Shown in pieces: positions 20,162-29,937 of a DNA stretch of 64,000 nucleotides. This stretch comes from an uncultured Nitrospirota bacterium. GTDB lineage: Bacteria; Nitrospirota; Nitrospiria; JACRHA01. The stretch covers positions 9,294-73,293 of the forward strand of contig CAYZUL010000003.1 of the NCBI GenBank assembly GCA_964481895.1, in the 5' to 3' direction. Every line of letters starts with the position of its first letter. Position 1 is the first letter of the stretch. The translations under genes and the position numbers were made by a program. Under the pieces are notes generated by a model. The model searched no databases. It saw only the letters and a list, made by a program, of their open reading frames with translations, and was not told the origin of the DNA.

Positions 20162-21604
20162 ATGTCTTTTGATAATATCAACACTACATCCCTGAAACCA
20201 TTGGTAGAATCAGATCTCTGTTTTAAATGCGATGTCTGTTGCAGGTTTATTGATAAAGAATCCCCGTTGCGGCCGTATTTTTCAAGGGATGAGATATGGA
20301 GGCTGATTAATGCTGGGATCTCTCCTGTGCCATTTGCAAGGCTGGATGGCTGCAAAATAGATCTGATACCTTATGGGGATTTACATATTTGCCCCTTTTT
20401 CGGATCAAGAGAAAACAGATGCACCATATATGACCTAAGACCCCTGGATTGCAAAATATATCCTGTGGCGGCAATGAAATCCCAGGGAGAATCCGGTATC
20501 CTGATCGGCATAGATACAAAATGTCCATATTCTGGTAAGGTGGAAAATGGAGATATTTTTTATTATGCTGATCTTATATCCCAAATGGCAACCAGTGAAG
20601 AGATCTTGGGTATAACAGGTGACTTTCAGGATGATGTAAGGGTTATTACATCTCTGTGGTTGCCTTGGGCAGGCACAGAGGCCTGCCCCTACGAGCTCCC
20701 ATCTTATCTCAAAATACTTAGCATAGAGGATAAACCTATCTTTGACAAATTTCTCTTCGGAACAAGCAGATTATCATCCCATTCATTCATTGTAAATTAT
20801 ATCTGGGGAGACCTCCTTAGCTACTATTGGAAGATAATAGATGGATGCCTCTGCCTCTTTGCAGAATATGACCAAAACATATTTATGCCTATACCTCCGG
20901 TAGGCATTAATCCAAGGATGGCATCTGCTAAGGCATTTGAGATAATGGCTAAGGTCAATAAAAACCCCTCTGTATCACGGATCGAGGATCTTGATTGTAA
21001 GGAATTAGAAGAGATCTTATCGCCTGGATACAGGCATGCATTGAAGGGTTACGAATATATTTACAGGAGGGATGAGCTTGTTTCGCTTAAAGGCAATCCC
21101 TATAAAGGGAAGAGGTCTTCTGTTAATCGCTTCTTGAGCCATTTCAATTATAGCTATGAGACCTTTCGGCCTTCTGATCTTGGTGATTGCCTGTCCCTCT
21201 ATATACGCTGGATGAAGGAGAGATATGAATCAAATCAGGATGATATCTGCAGGCAGATGCTCTATGATTCATATTCCGCGCACAGAAGGGCTATGATAGA
21301 CTGCGATTGCCTTGATCTGATCGGCCGGACCGTTAGGATCAATGGGTCTATAGCAGGATATACCTTTGGCTTCAGGTCAGGCCCCGATATTTTTACAGTC
21401 TTATCCGAGATTGCAGACCGGTCAGCAAAGGGCCTTTCTCAGTTCATCTTCAGGGAATTATGCAAAGGTGTTGAAGGTGTCAGGTTCATAAACACTATGG
21501 ACGACTCAGGGCTTGAGGGTATAAGAAGGACAAAACTCTCCTATCACCCATATAGACTGGAACCTTCTTATATAATTTCCCCTCACCCTTCCCTCTCCCC
21601 TTAG
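20162..21604 (+). CDS. fusion protein: YkgJ/UPF0153-type Cys-cluster (CxxCxxCC) domain + C-terminal ~300-aa domain of uncertain (GNAT/DUF2156-like?) family
   Basis: N-terminus LCFKCDVCCRF...CPFF...CTIYDLRPLDCKIYP (putative Fe-S/Zn-binding YkgJ family). The C-terminal family assignment is tentative. Confidence 0.5.
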   Translation: MSFDNINTTSLKPLVESDLCFKCDVCCRFIDKESPLRPYFSRDEIWRLINAGISPVPFARLDGCKIDLIPYGDLHICPFFGSRENRCTIYDLRPLDCKIYPVAAMKSQGESGILIGIDTKCPYSGKVENGDIFYYADLISQMATSEEILGITGDFQDDVRVITSLWLPWAGTEACPYELPSYLKILSIEDKPIFDKFLFGTSRLSSHSFIVNYIWGDLLSYYWKIIDGCLCLFAEYDQNIFMPIPPVGINPRMASAKAFEIMAKVNKNPSVSRIEDLDCKELEEILSPGYRHALKGYEYIYRRDELVSLKGNPYKGKRSSVNRFLSHFNYSYETFRPSDLGDCLSLYIRWMKERYESNQDDICRQMLYDSYSAHRRAMIDCDCLDLIGRTVRINGSIAGYTFGFRSGPDIFTVLSEIADRSAKGLSQFIFRELCKGVEGVRFINTMDDSGLEGIRRTKLSYHPYRLEPSYIISPHPSLSP

Positions 21605-21640
21605 AGGGGAGAGGAATAAGGAGAGGGGCGTTGTTTTTAC
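21580..21640 (+). terminator. Rho-independent terminator-like hairpin between convergent genes
   Basis: CCTCTCCCC-TTAGA-GGGGAGAGG perfect stem (21592-21614) inside a longer imperfect GC-rich IR, followed by TTGTTTTTA. Confidence 0.65.
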
Positions 21641-22020
21641 TAATCCTCGGCAAGGTGAATAATGATGTCCTTCTCGTTGATGAGCCATATATCCAGATCC
21701 GGGTCTCCATCTATGTTTCCTTCGGCCCTGGCTATAAACTTATTAGGATCTGAGATTGGCTCTATGATAATCTTGTAATATCTTAAGGGTTGCATAGGCG
21801 AGAATCCTATATCAGAGATGCTGCCGGAATAGCGGTCATGGTCTATATAATACATCCTTTCAAGTCTTACAATTTCTTTCAGGGCGATTTGAGCCTCTAT
21901 TCCCTTTGCCCGCTTTAGAAAATATTGATATATAGGGATGGCTATCCCCGTCAAAATAAGGGTGATTAAGAGCACGATTACCAGCTCTATAAGGGTAAAG
22001 CCCTTATCTTTTCTCTTCAT
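21640..22020 (-). CDS. pilE: type IV pilin-like protein (prepilin N-terminal methylation motif)
   Basis: MKRKDKG|FTLIELVIVLLI prepilin leader plus a hydrophobic helix. Start at ATG 22020 (the ORF is open to 22098). Confidence 0.7.
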   Translation of the reverse strand: MKRKDKGFTLIELVIVLLITLILTGIAIPIYQYFLKRAKGIEAQIALKEIVRLERMYYIDHDRYSGSISDIGFSPMQPLRYYKIIIEPISDPNKFIARAEGNIDGDPDLDIWLINEKDIIIHLAED

Positions 22021-22615
22021 TTTGATCTGATAACTCAAACTTATCCAGTATATTCCTGATCTCCTTATTCTTTTCGATAATCCCCTCCATTCTTTCAATC
22101 AACTCCTGCCTGCTGTTTAAACCTTCTAAACCATGTAAGTCCTTCAGTATCCCCGGGAGGTCTGCCCCCACATCCCTCTCCATCCTCTTTATATTCATCA
22201 TTGATTTGTCTATGTTTTCCAATAAGTGATTTAAAAGGTTGGCAAGCTCCTTCAGATCATCTCCTTTCCTGAGTCTGATCCTCACTGACAGGTCGCCGCC
22301 TATCACATCTTTAGCTGTCTTTTCAAACCTGTATATTGGGCCTGCAAGTTTATGGGTGACATAGACGCTTATAACGGCTAAAACAGAGATACTTATGGCA
22401 ATCGCAGGCCAGAGCCTTTCCCCTAAGATTATATACTGCATGGCTGCCTGTGCCTTTTCCTCAATGGGTGATCCGGAAATAAGGGTTATAGCCGGAGGTA
22501 TAAAGAGCGTCAGGACTATGAGGAATGTATATGCGATAAGCAGGATTGCGGTGAGGAATGCGTATCTCTTCTGGATAGGATGTATAAAAAACCTTCTACG
22601 CCTGAATGGACTCAA
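22004..22615 (-). CDS. membrane protein with two TM helices and a HAMP domain; no output domain
   Basis: 203 aa. HAMP-like LAGPIYRFEKTAKDVIGGDLSVRIRLRKGDDLKELANLLNHL, then a C-terminal coiled-coil. Confidence 0.6.
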   Translation of the reverse strand: MSPFRRRRFFIHPIQKRYAFLTAILLIAYTFLIVLTLFIPPAITLISGSPIEEKAQAAMQYIILGERLWPAIAISISVLAVISVYVTHKLAGPIYRFEKTAKDVIGGDLSVRIRLRKGDDLKELANLLNHLLENIDKSMMNIKRMERDVGADLPGILKDLHGLEGLNSRQELIERMEGIIEKNKEIRNILDKFELSDQNEEKR

Positions 22616-22624
22616 AGATGCCCC

Positions 22625-23641
22625 CTAAATTGCCATTAATTTTTTTCTTAACAATAAAATTTCCAGGGCAATAGACGCTGTCCATGCCAGCTTCTTAATG
22701 AAATCGATCTCGGAGATCCCCTTTCCAGACTTAATATTGTCCCCATATAAGATTGCCACGACCTGATCTTTTATTGTAAGGGGTATTGCAATTACCTCCT
22801 TTGGAAAGCGATCGTCAATCCTTTTCAGGAGGATCTGATTTCCCTGGGTAGCGATGAGCGGACCACTATAAGGTTCCTTGCTTTCTATAACATCAAGGAA
22901 GATCGACGGCTGGTCAAGCCTGATCTCAAGGCCTTCCAGCGCCTCCTTCTCAGTGTGAGGCGGATGTGCCCTCCAGCCTGATACAACCCCCTTCTTAACT
23001 ATAAACATTATAGCCCTGTCAAGGACAAGGCCTATATTCTTCATCAAGATCCCTATGATCTCCTCCCTCTCCTTTGTTTGAAGGAAATCCTCCTTTGCTG
23101 CCTTGAGATATGAATTAAGCTCTTCAGGGGTGGGTCTCTTCTTTTCAGTTACCTCCTCCTCTGTTAACCTCTTCCTTTCCTCATCAAGGATCGATATATA
23201 TCGCAATTTTCTGCTCACCTGATAATATTTCTCCAGTGCAAATTGTATCCTGGCCTCTGCGGCTATATATGTCTTAATAGAGCAGTTTGTCAAAAAGCCA
23301 ATCTCGTTTATAGCCTCAAAATCTGTCGGGTCCAGCATGGCAACATGCAGGGTATTCTTCTCTTTTCGCAGCGGGATTATATTAAATTTTCTGGCCAGAT
23401 CACGCGTAATGAGCCTTAATGCATCAGGATCTATCTGGTCAAAATCCTTGGGTCTTGCAAAGGGTATATTCAATCTTCTGCTTAAGAAGCCAGCAAGCCC
23501 CTCTTCGCTTAGATATCCAAGCTCTATAAGGTTTGTGCCGAGACGGCCGCCTACTGTAAGCTGTCTCTCAAGGACGTGGACAAGCTCTGCCTTTGTTATC
23601 AGGCCATCCTTAACAAGAAGATCCCCAAGTTTTTCAGTCAA
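22625..23641 (-). CDS. standalone MshEN (T2SSE_N-type c-di-GMP-binding) domain protein with C-terminal GAF-like domain
   Basis: KLGDLLVKDGLITKAELVHVLERQ and RLGTNLIELGYLSEEGLAGFLSRRL are tandem 24-aa MshEN motifs. The C-terminus is homologous to that of the 3699-4850 protein (AILYGDN). Confidence 0.65.
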   Translation of the reverse strand: MTEKLGDLLVKDGLITKAELVHVLERQLTVGGRLGTNLIELGYLSEEGLAGFLSRRLNIPFARPKDFDQIDPDALRLITRDLARKFNIIPLRKEKNTLHVAMLDPTDFEAINEIGFLTNCSIKTYIAAEARIQFALEKYYQVSRKLRYISILDEERKRLTEEEVTEKKRPTPEELNSYLKAAKEDFLQTKEREEIIGILMKNIGLVLDRAIMFIVKKGVVSGWRAHPPHTEKEALEGLEIRLDQPSIFLDVIESKEPYSGPLIATQGNQILLKRIDDRFPKEVIAIPLTIKDQVVAILYGDNIKSGKGISEIDFIKKLAWTASIALEILLLRKKLMAI

Positions 23642-23943
23642 TCCCCATCACCAGATTTATGCTTGCATTATGATCTGACCATTCGCCATGAATTTACTGT
23701 TAGGGCGCTACAATCTTGTGCCCTTGATTTGGGCACAGCTATAATAGATTGATATGTTTCCTCTTATCTCAGTTTCATTGTTAGTTTCGCCCCCCTCGCA
23801 TCGAATTCCTAAAAACATCCTCTATGGAGCCATGATTTTGCCATTATACCTCATCTCTGTTTCAGGCACAAAAATTTTATACCATACGACGGATGTTTTT
23901 TTCTAATTGTAGCAGTTATTTACCCATCTCGTTTATCCCTTGA

Positions 23944-24699
23944 CTAACTCTGAATATTAAAGATTTGCACAGCCTCCCCACCTGCCCCATCAGTTACAGA
24001 GACTACCACATAGACCTTACCCTTAAACGATGAGAAGATTTCCCATCTTATTAGTCCTGTTTCATGATCTATGGTCATTCCGTCAGGCGCTGATTTAAGG
24101 GAATATAAGAGCCTGTCTCTATCTGGATCTTCGGCCACGATCTGATAAGTAAAGCCGCTTTCATATTTGTAATCTCGAATAGACGAGGTTATTACCGGTT
24201 TCGCATTAAAGATATAGGCAAAGACCGTTATGGGCACGCCCTTTTCTTTTCCATCATCGGGGGTAACCGTAAGAGATATCTTATCACCCCGTTTAAGCTC
24301 AGTAGCTAAGGTATCTGAAGGCTCATTTAAGGGCCTTCCATCTATTGCCCATTGGTATGAAAGAGCTATATTATCACCGTCCCTGTTCTGGGTTAACACC
24401 TCGGCCCTTATCCTGTCGCCTTTTACAGGAGAAGATGGGGATAGTTTTATTGAGATGATTTCAGGACGGGCATTACTCTTCGGTTTCTCTACAGGCTGTT
24501 CTGGATCTATCACCGATATTTTATTTTGTTTAGTATCAATATCTATTTTCCTAGCCTCCCAGCTATAAGCAATAATACTGAGACCTATTAGGCTGCAAAG
24601 GGACAGCAAGAGGATCTTCCTTTGAAGATGCCGGCGAGGATCAGCAGCGTCAACATTCTTTTTCATCCTTTCTTGAATCTTATGTGCTAATAACATCAT
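23944..24699 (-). CDS. membrane-anchored protein with cadherin-like/Ig-like domain
   Basis: 251 aa. N-terminal TM helix. LLYSLKSAPDGMTIDHETGLIRW is typical of cadherin-like/putative Ig domains. Its start overlaps the pilY1-like stop by 4 nt (ATGA). Confidence 0.55.
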   Translation of the reverse strand: MMLLAHKIQERMKKNVDAADPRRHLQRKILLLSLCSLIGLSIIAYSWEARKIDIDTKQNKISVIDPEQPVEKPKSNARPEIISIKLSPSSPVKGDRIRAEVLTQNRDGDNIALSYQWAIDGRPLNEPSDTLATELKRGDKISLTVTPDDGKEKGVPITVFAYIFNAKPVITSSIRDYKYESGFTYQIVAEDPDRDRLLYSLKSAPDGMTIDHETGLIRWEIFSSFKGKVYVVVSVTDGAGGEAVQIFNIQS

Positions 24700-27600
24700 T
24701 TTTTAAGCCAGTGGACTATATTGGATATGATAGAATTTGCTGGTTGATTTTTAGCCTCTAATATAGCCCCTGATCCTATCTGAATCTTCTTCTCTAAGAT
24801 TTCCTGTCCCTCCTTTGGAGGTGGGATGATTATTGCCTCACCTGTTGGCGGGGCGCCAGGGCCTAACCTTACCCCTTTTTCAACAGTTACAGTGCCTGTG
24901 GTTATCCCTCCAGTTGCTTCCGGAGCAAGGATTGCCACATTTACTGGCGCAACCCCTGTAGTATAACCTAATGAAAAGAGAAAAGATTCACCTCCAGCAG
25001 AGCAGATATCTGCACTCGGCTTATATGTCAGGAAGTCTACAAGTCCGCCAACGGCAAGGGGCCTGGATATAACACGCTCAAGGGAAGAGAGCGTAATAAA
25101 CCAGCCATTCGTAGGTACTAATGCTGCCCCAGAAGTGGGAGAGATGGAGGTAACAACGGTCTTATTGCTAAAACTGTTGGTTGACGAATCATAGAGGCAT
25201 ATCTGGGTCGTCCCTGTAACTGTCCCAGTTGTAGATACACCTGTTCTGTCAGACAGACCAGTAGTTGTAAGTGGATAAGTTATACCTGAGGGCTTATCCA
25301 TAAGACCAAGGAAGATCTGGGTTGAGTTATCAACCTTATCCAGATCGCTATTAAACTTCCCTGAGCCTGCATAGACCCATATATTCCCATTGGCATCCTT
25401 GGCCGCATCAGGAGATGCGGTCAAGGGATAGTTATCTGAGAAGAGGTACTTGACACTTGGTGTCCATGGGGTGCTCAGATCCTGATTAGGTATGTCTATA
25501 GCCACGAGTTTCCCCTTCCAGCTTATTTTATTATACGCTGTTCCAAAGTAGATCTTCTCTGCTACATAATCCTTATCGGCATCTATTGCGAGGATATCGC
25601 TTACAATATGATTGTCGTCTGCGATTGTATCAGCATTGTCAAGGCTTATCTTCTTTGCAAGACTACCTGTTTTTAGATCGAGCATATAGATGTAACCTGT
25701 GCTAGTCCTGGCTATATCAGTAGCGCTCTTCGGGAGCTGTTTCGAGCCAGAGCCAAAGACCACATACCAGTTGCCATTCTGGGTATTATTTCCTGTCCTT
25801 ATGATTGAAGGATAGGTAGTGGCGTGACCGAGATCGGGATCAGAAAACTCCCAAAGGGAGACAGGGTTCTCAGGGTCTGTAATATCGATAGCGAAGTAGG
25901 ATGAGAACCCGACATTTGCAGGGGTCCCTGTTGGAGGTCCTGCTGGGTTTGCATCTGCCCCGGCACATGCGCCGCCAAACCTCATACCCCCGATCAGGAT
26001 GGTCTTCCAGCTACTCGATGTCCTGGTATCTGTAGGATTACCCTGAATACTGGCATCTACTAGCCTTACAGAGAGGTCGTTGTAATATATATGACAGTAG
26101 CTGGGGTCTGCAAGATATTTTAGATAGGGGAAGGCATTAAATGGGATATAGCCCCATACCTCCTCGCCAAGTTTGTCATTTTGAGTATCTGATGTACTGA
26201 AGAGATTCTTAAACAGGGCCTTAACACCCGAGGCCAAGGCTCCCAGGCTGTCATCCTTGTCCTTTAGATACCCGACCCTGAAGGCATGGAGTATCCCATC
26301 ATTTGCCCCAACAAAGGCTATGGCAGATCGCTGCTTATAGCTGCTGCTTGTAACATATTGATAATAGGTGCTGTCGGCATAGTCTATATGATAGGTATTT
26401 AGTGGCGTATTGGCAAAGACCTTTGGGGTGGAGTTTATGATGTCCCCAAGCTTCCACACCCTTAGACTCGTGCTTACAGTAACACGCCTGTCTCTATATG
26501 CTGAACTCACCGTGCTGCTGCAGGGATTATCGCCTATGATGCCTGTCTCAAGGCATTCACCCCTTATATACCTAACAATATTTTCAGCAGAATATGTAAC
26601 ATCCGGATTCAGGGCAGCGCTTAAGGCAGGATTGGTAGTTACATTCCCTACCGTGAAATCATTGGTCAGGAAGGTATTAGTAGTTGAGCTTCCTCTTTTT
26701 ACATCTTTTGATGTAAATATCCTTCGTGCAGAAGGGGCCATCAATGCAAGCTTCTTCCCTCCCTCCCAGAGGTAACTCACGTCTGAAAATGCCTTTATCT
26801 GAGGCGTTGAACATTGTGTCAGTGAGGAAGGAGTTCCATCATCACCACCATCTACATTTGTCGTAAATAGGGCACCTTTTGTTTCATTGTTTGCAGTATC
26901 AAAATATAATTTTAATACCTTGTCTTGTCCAAGATTGAGCCCAAAGTCATTGGTCGTATCCTCCCTCAGGTTGTCCTTCTGGTCTATCCAGAGATTCTGC
27001 AGATATCCGGTCCAGGTAACCTCCCTTACCCCTTCCTGCCTTGTAGGGAGAAAGTATGCCTGTACCATAGAACCTATCCCCCTCGAAGAGGTTGTAAGAA
27101 CAGAGACAGCCGTACCTGAGGCGGCACGCTTTAGGATATCTGCTATGGCATTGGTGATGCTTGCCTCAAGTTCATAGCCGTCGTCCCCTTCATAATATGT
27201 CAAAGGGAGATCAGAGGAATTAATAACACCATCTCCATTTGAATCCCGCAGATACTCTTTTAGATCCGGCCCTGGCTTCAAGTCACCATTTAGGTCATTA
27301 AACCCGCCGTTTATCGCAGCATCTTTTAATAGCTGAGATCCTTTTCCAAACATAAATACAGGGTATAGGATTATATTCTGGTTTCCTGTTAGGTCCGATC
27401 TGTTATCTACTGTCCTTGCCCACAAGGCCACATCGTCCAGATAGTCGGTCGCGTAAGAACTGCCGGAGGTCCCAGCCGGATCTTTGCTATCTGCGTCATA
27501 GTCACGTAAGCTTGTAGGAATGTTTGTATCCTGTGTCGCCTCTCCATCGGTCAACATCAGGATGAAGGACTTGGCGCAACGGACATATTGGTCAGACAGA

Positions 27601-29063
27601 CCCGATCCTGTCAGCTTGGAATACTGGTAATAATAGGGATCGTATAACGGACCAGTCTGGTAATCTGCGGGGGCATTTGAATAAGCTGGTGATTCTTGCC
27701 TGAAATATCTTACCGCCTCATAAAAGGTCTCAGCCAGGGGTGTCCATGTGGATGGGGACATATTCGAGATATGGGTAATCATATCAGTAGTAGAACCAAA
27801 ATCTACATAATTTTCTATATGCCCACCATCATATTTTCCGCCAACAGATCCCGATTCAATGCCGTTTCCCCTATTATAAAAGGACAAACCAAACCTGACG
27901 CCGCTGCTAAGTCTGTCCATGATACCCTCAGCCTTTTGCATCCCTTGATCTATAATGGTATTGTAAGGCCCGCCAGAGGGGGTGCTTGACGAGATAATAA
28001 GATAGACCTGTGTGGCGCGGGGAAAGACAGAGGCATAACTAGTATAGGCCTTAACTCCAAACCCCTGCAGACTTCCTATTCCAGAGGATTTAATATCATT
28101 CCAATCCCAGGCCACCCCTGTAGATGGATTGGTAGTCCAGCTGAAGTTATATGTAGTATAAGCATTTGAAATGTTTGAGAAGTTTGATGCGTAATCAGTG
28201 CCACTTATACGGATTACCCCTTGTATCCTCCTGGTCACGCTGCTGCTTGTGGCCTTTTTTGCAACCACCCTAACAGTCACACTTGTGATGGTGCCTAGTT
28301 TTGAACCTGTGTAATCGTAATCTAATATAACAGGGCTGACGGTATTGTTATTCTGGATATAGGTTGTGTCTCCATCTGATGTTGCCTCATTAACTGCGTC
28401 CCAAGCACTTGCTGCCCCTGTTACACTCCATCCAGCAGGGACACTTACATTAGCGTTTGGATAAGCATAAAAAGTCTGTGACCCAGGGTTAACCGGGCTT
28501 ATACTCAACTGGTCACCTGACATACTGTAACGGTAATCCCCTACAAATGGATAGATGATCCCTGGCACAGAGGAGTTATCAAGGTTCTTTTGAAAATCCC
28601 AGGACAAAGATGAATTTTCACCATAGAGCTTTACTGTGATAGCGCCCATTGGAGACCTCGGGGATGCCTTGCCGCCTATAAGGAGTTTTTTGGCGGCATC
28701 AATCCTGCGCGTGGTGGCCCAGTTCAGGAGGTTCCCGCTTGCAATAGGATTAGCCGCAGTCCCGCTTGTCATAGCCAAGGCGGTCACCTCCCACCGGCCA
28801 CTATTACTATAGATATAGTTTTTAGAAGGGTCAAAATAACCATAGTATGATCCACTTACAAACTGGGTCGGATCGTAAGATCCTGCATATGCCTGATCAT
28901 TCATACTCCCTGAGTTATCAAGAATAACGAGGACATTGGGTGGGATACTGCTGCTCACAAGGGGTGGAGTAGAACAATAGTCACCCATTGCGCCCCTTAC
29001 CGATGAAGGGACAAGCAGGAGAAAAAGAATGACAATCTTCAATATAATCTCTTGGTGTTTCAT
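24696..29063 (-). CDS. pilY1: PilY1-like type IV pilus tip adhesin (vWA domain + C-terminal PilY1 beta-propeller)
   Basis: ~1455 aa. Signal peptide, MIDAS VLVILDNSGSM, and a C-terminal region with PilY1-type propeller blades. Its position after pilX matches the Pseudomonas fimU-pilVWXY1 operon. Start at ATG 29063 with RBS AGAGGTGA. Confidence 0.75.
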   Translation of the reverse strand: MKHQEIILKIVILFLLLVPSSVRGAMGDYCSTPPLVSSSIPPNVLVILDNSGSMNDQAYAGSYDPTQFVSGSYYGYFDPSKNYIYSNSGRWEVTALAMTSGTAANPIASGNLLNWATTRRIDAAKKLLIGGKASPRSPMGAITVKLYGENSSLSWDFQKNLDNSSVPGIIYPFVGDYRYSMSGDQLSISPVNPGSQTFYAYPNANVSVPAGWSVTGAASAWDAVNEATSDGDTTYIQNNNTVSPVILDYDYTGSKLGTITSVTVRVVAKKATSSSVTRRIQGVIRISGTDYASNFSNISNAYTTYNFSWTTNPSTGVAWDWNDIKSSGIGSLQGFGVKAYTSYASVFPRATQVYLIISSSTPSGGPYNTIIDQGMQKAEGIMDRLSSGVRFGLSFYNRGNGIESGSVGGKYDGGHIENYVDFGSTTDMITHISNMSPSTWTPLAETFYEAVRYFRQESPAYSNAPADYQTGPLYDPYYYQYSKLTGSGLSDQYVRCAKSFILMLTDGEATQDTNIPTSLRDYDADSKDPAGTSGSSYATDYLDDVALWARTVDNRSDLTGNQNIILYPVFMFGKGSQLLKDAAINGGFNDLNGDLKPGPDLKEYLRDSNGDGVINSSDLPLTYYEGDDGYELEASITNAIADILKRAASGTAVSVLTTSSRGIGSMVQAYFLPTRQEGVREVTWTGYLQNLWIDQKDNLREDTTNDFGLNLGQDKVLKLYFDTANNETKGALFTTNVDGGDDGTPSSLTQCSTPQIKAFSDVSYLWEGGKKLALMAPSARRIFTSKDVKRGSSTTNTFLTNDFTVGNVTTNPALSAALNPDVTYSAENIVRYIRGECLETGIIGDNPCSSTVSSAYRDRRVTVSTSLRVWKLGDIINSTPKVFANTPLNTYHIDYADSTYYQYVTSSSYKQRSAIAFVGANDGILHAFRVGYLKDKDDSLGALASGVKALFKNLFSTSDTQNDKLGEEVWGYIPFNAFPYLKYLADPSYCHIYYNDLSVRLVDASIQGNPTDTRTSSSWKTILIGGMRFGGACAGADANPAGPPTGTPANVGFSSYFAIDITDPENPVSLWEFSDPDLGHATTYPSIIRTGNNTQNGNWYVVFGSGSKQLPKSATDIARTSTGYIYMLDLKTGSLAKKISLDNADTIADDNHIVSDILAIDADKDYVAEKIYFGTAYNKISWKGKLVAIDIPNQDLSTPWTPSVKYLFSDNYPLTASPDAAKDANGNIWVYAGSGKFNSDLDKVDNSTQIFLGLMDKPSGITYPLTTTGLSDRTGVSTTGTVTGTTQICLYDSSTNSFSNKTVVTSISPTSGAALVPTNGWFITLSSLERVISRPLAVGGLVDFLTYKPSADICSAGGESFLFSLGYTTGVAPVNVAILAPEATGGITTGTVTVEKGVRLGPGAPPTGEAIIIPPPKEGQEILEKKIQIGSGAILEAKNQPANSIISNIVHWLKK

Positions 29064-29102
29064 ATATTCACCTCTCTTTTTACCTTTGTTTTCCATCATA
29101 TA

Positions 29103-29417
29103 CTATTGCGGAATTGGATCCGGGTATTCCATTATTAACCTGATCATAGGCCCATTCTTTGTATATTCGTATTCAAATTCAACCCTGGTGGGGAGTGAGA
29201 GTTTGTGCAGGGAGACAGCCTTTCCTTCGCGATCCAGGATCCGGGCTGATGGATCTATCCAGTAGCCTTTATCATCAATCATAACTGCCCCATCCTCCTC
29301 GACAAGGTTGAGTATACCATCGGCCCTTACCTTGCCGGCGGCAATTGCCAGACTGCAAGCCATATATACCATGATTACTCCAAGTGCTAACCTAAAGAAT
29401 ATCTTCTTATGTCTCAT
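29103..29417 (-). CDS. small secreted protein of unknown function (signal peptide)
   Basis: 104 aa. MRHKKIFFRLALGVIMVYMACSLAIAAG signal peptide. Located between the pilX-like and pilY1-like genes. Confidence 0.45.
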   Translation of the reverse strand: MRHKKIFFRLALGVIMVYMACSLAIAAGKVRADGILNLVEEDGAVMIDDKGYWIDPSARILDREGKAVSLHKLSLPTRVEFEYEYTKNGPMIRLIMEYPDPIPQ

Positions 29418-29454
29418 CTTTTACCTCCTTAACTCCACCTTATCTACTTTTATC

Positions 29455-29937
29455 TTACCCGGTATACCTGTAGAGGGCGGAGTTCTCTGCCCTTGCATTA
29501 TTAGGGCCTGTAACCATTGTGGTGATCCTATAAAATACAGCAGTGCTTGGCACCCCCGCAGACCTTGCAAATTCAAGCCTTCCACCGGGTAGGTCTCTCG
29601 TATATAACCTCTCAAACGTAACAGTAGCAACATAGTTTCCTACGGCGCCTGGCAGGGTAATGGTGCCGCTACAGGGGGAGTTTTGATTTAAAACCCCATT
29701 AGAAATACAAATAGCCGATAATCTAGCAGTAACTGGTTCGCCAAGCATGGTCAGGTTTATGGTGTCTTTTACTATCTCTATGGCCCCATCCGCTGCCTCT
29801 TCGGCAGTTGCATATCTCTTGGCCGCCCCTGACATAGTCGTGGACTGTTCTACGAGATATAAAACCCCGGTCACCATGATAAATATAACTGCGCTTATTA
29901 TTAAGGCTATAATAAGGGCAGCGCCCCTCTCATTCAT
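29455..29937 (-). CDS. pilX: PilX-like minor pilin
   Basis: MNERGAALIIALIISAVIFIM matches the PilX N-terminal domain. Start at ATG 29937 (the ORF is open to 29979). Confidence 0.65.
   Translation of the reverse strand: MNERGAALIIALIISAVIFIMVTGVLYLVEQSTTMSGAAKRYATAEEAADGAIEIVKDTINLTMLGEPVTARLSAICISNGVLNQNSPCSGTITLPGAVGNYVATVTFERLYTRDLPGGRLEFARSAGVPSTAVFYRITTMVTGPNNARAENSALYRYTG

Noticed and set aside
19999-20162. Short direct repeat GCATATGT x2 with small hairpin GCACTCTGTAGTGC between the lipoprotein and YkgJ-fusion genes
   Set aside because: Too short and isolated to call. Likely promoter or terminator context without distinctive features.
23641-23944. Hairpin GTGCCC-TTGATTT-GGGCAC and weak sigma54-like GGGCAC-N5-TGTAG in the 300-nt gap upstream of the MshEN-GAF gene
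   Set aside because: The hairpin lacks a U-tract and the sigma54 match has 2 mismatches in the -12 element. The region probably holds the promoter, but I cannot specify it from sequence alone.
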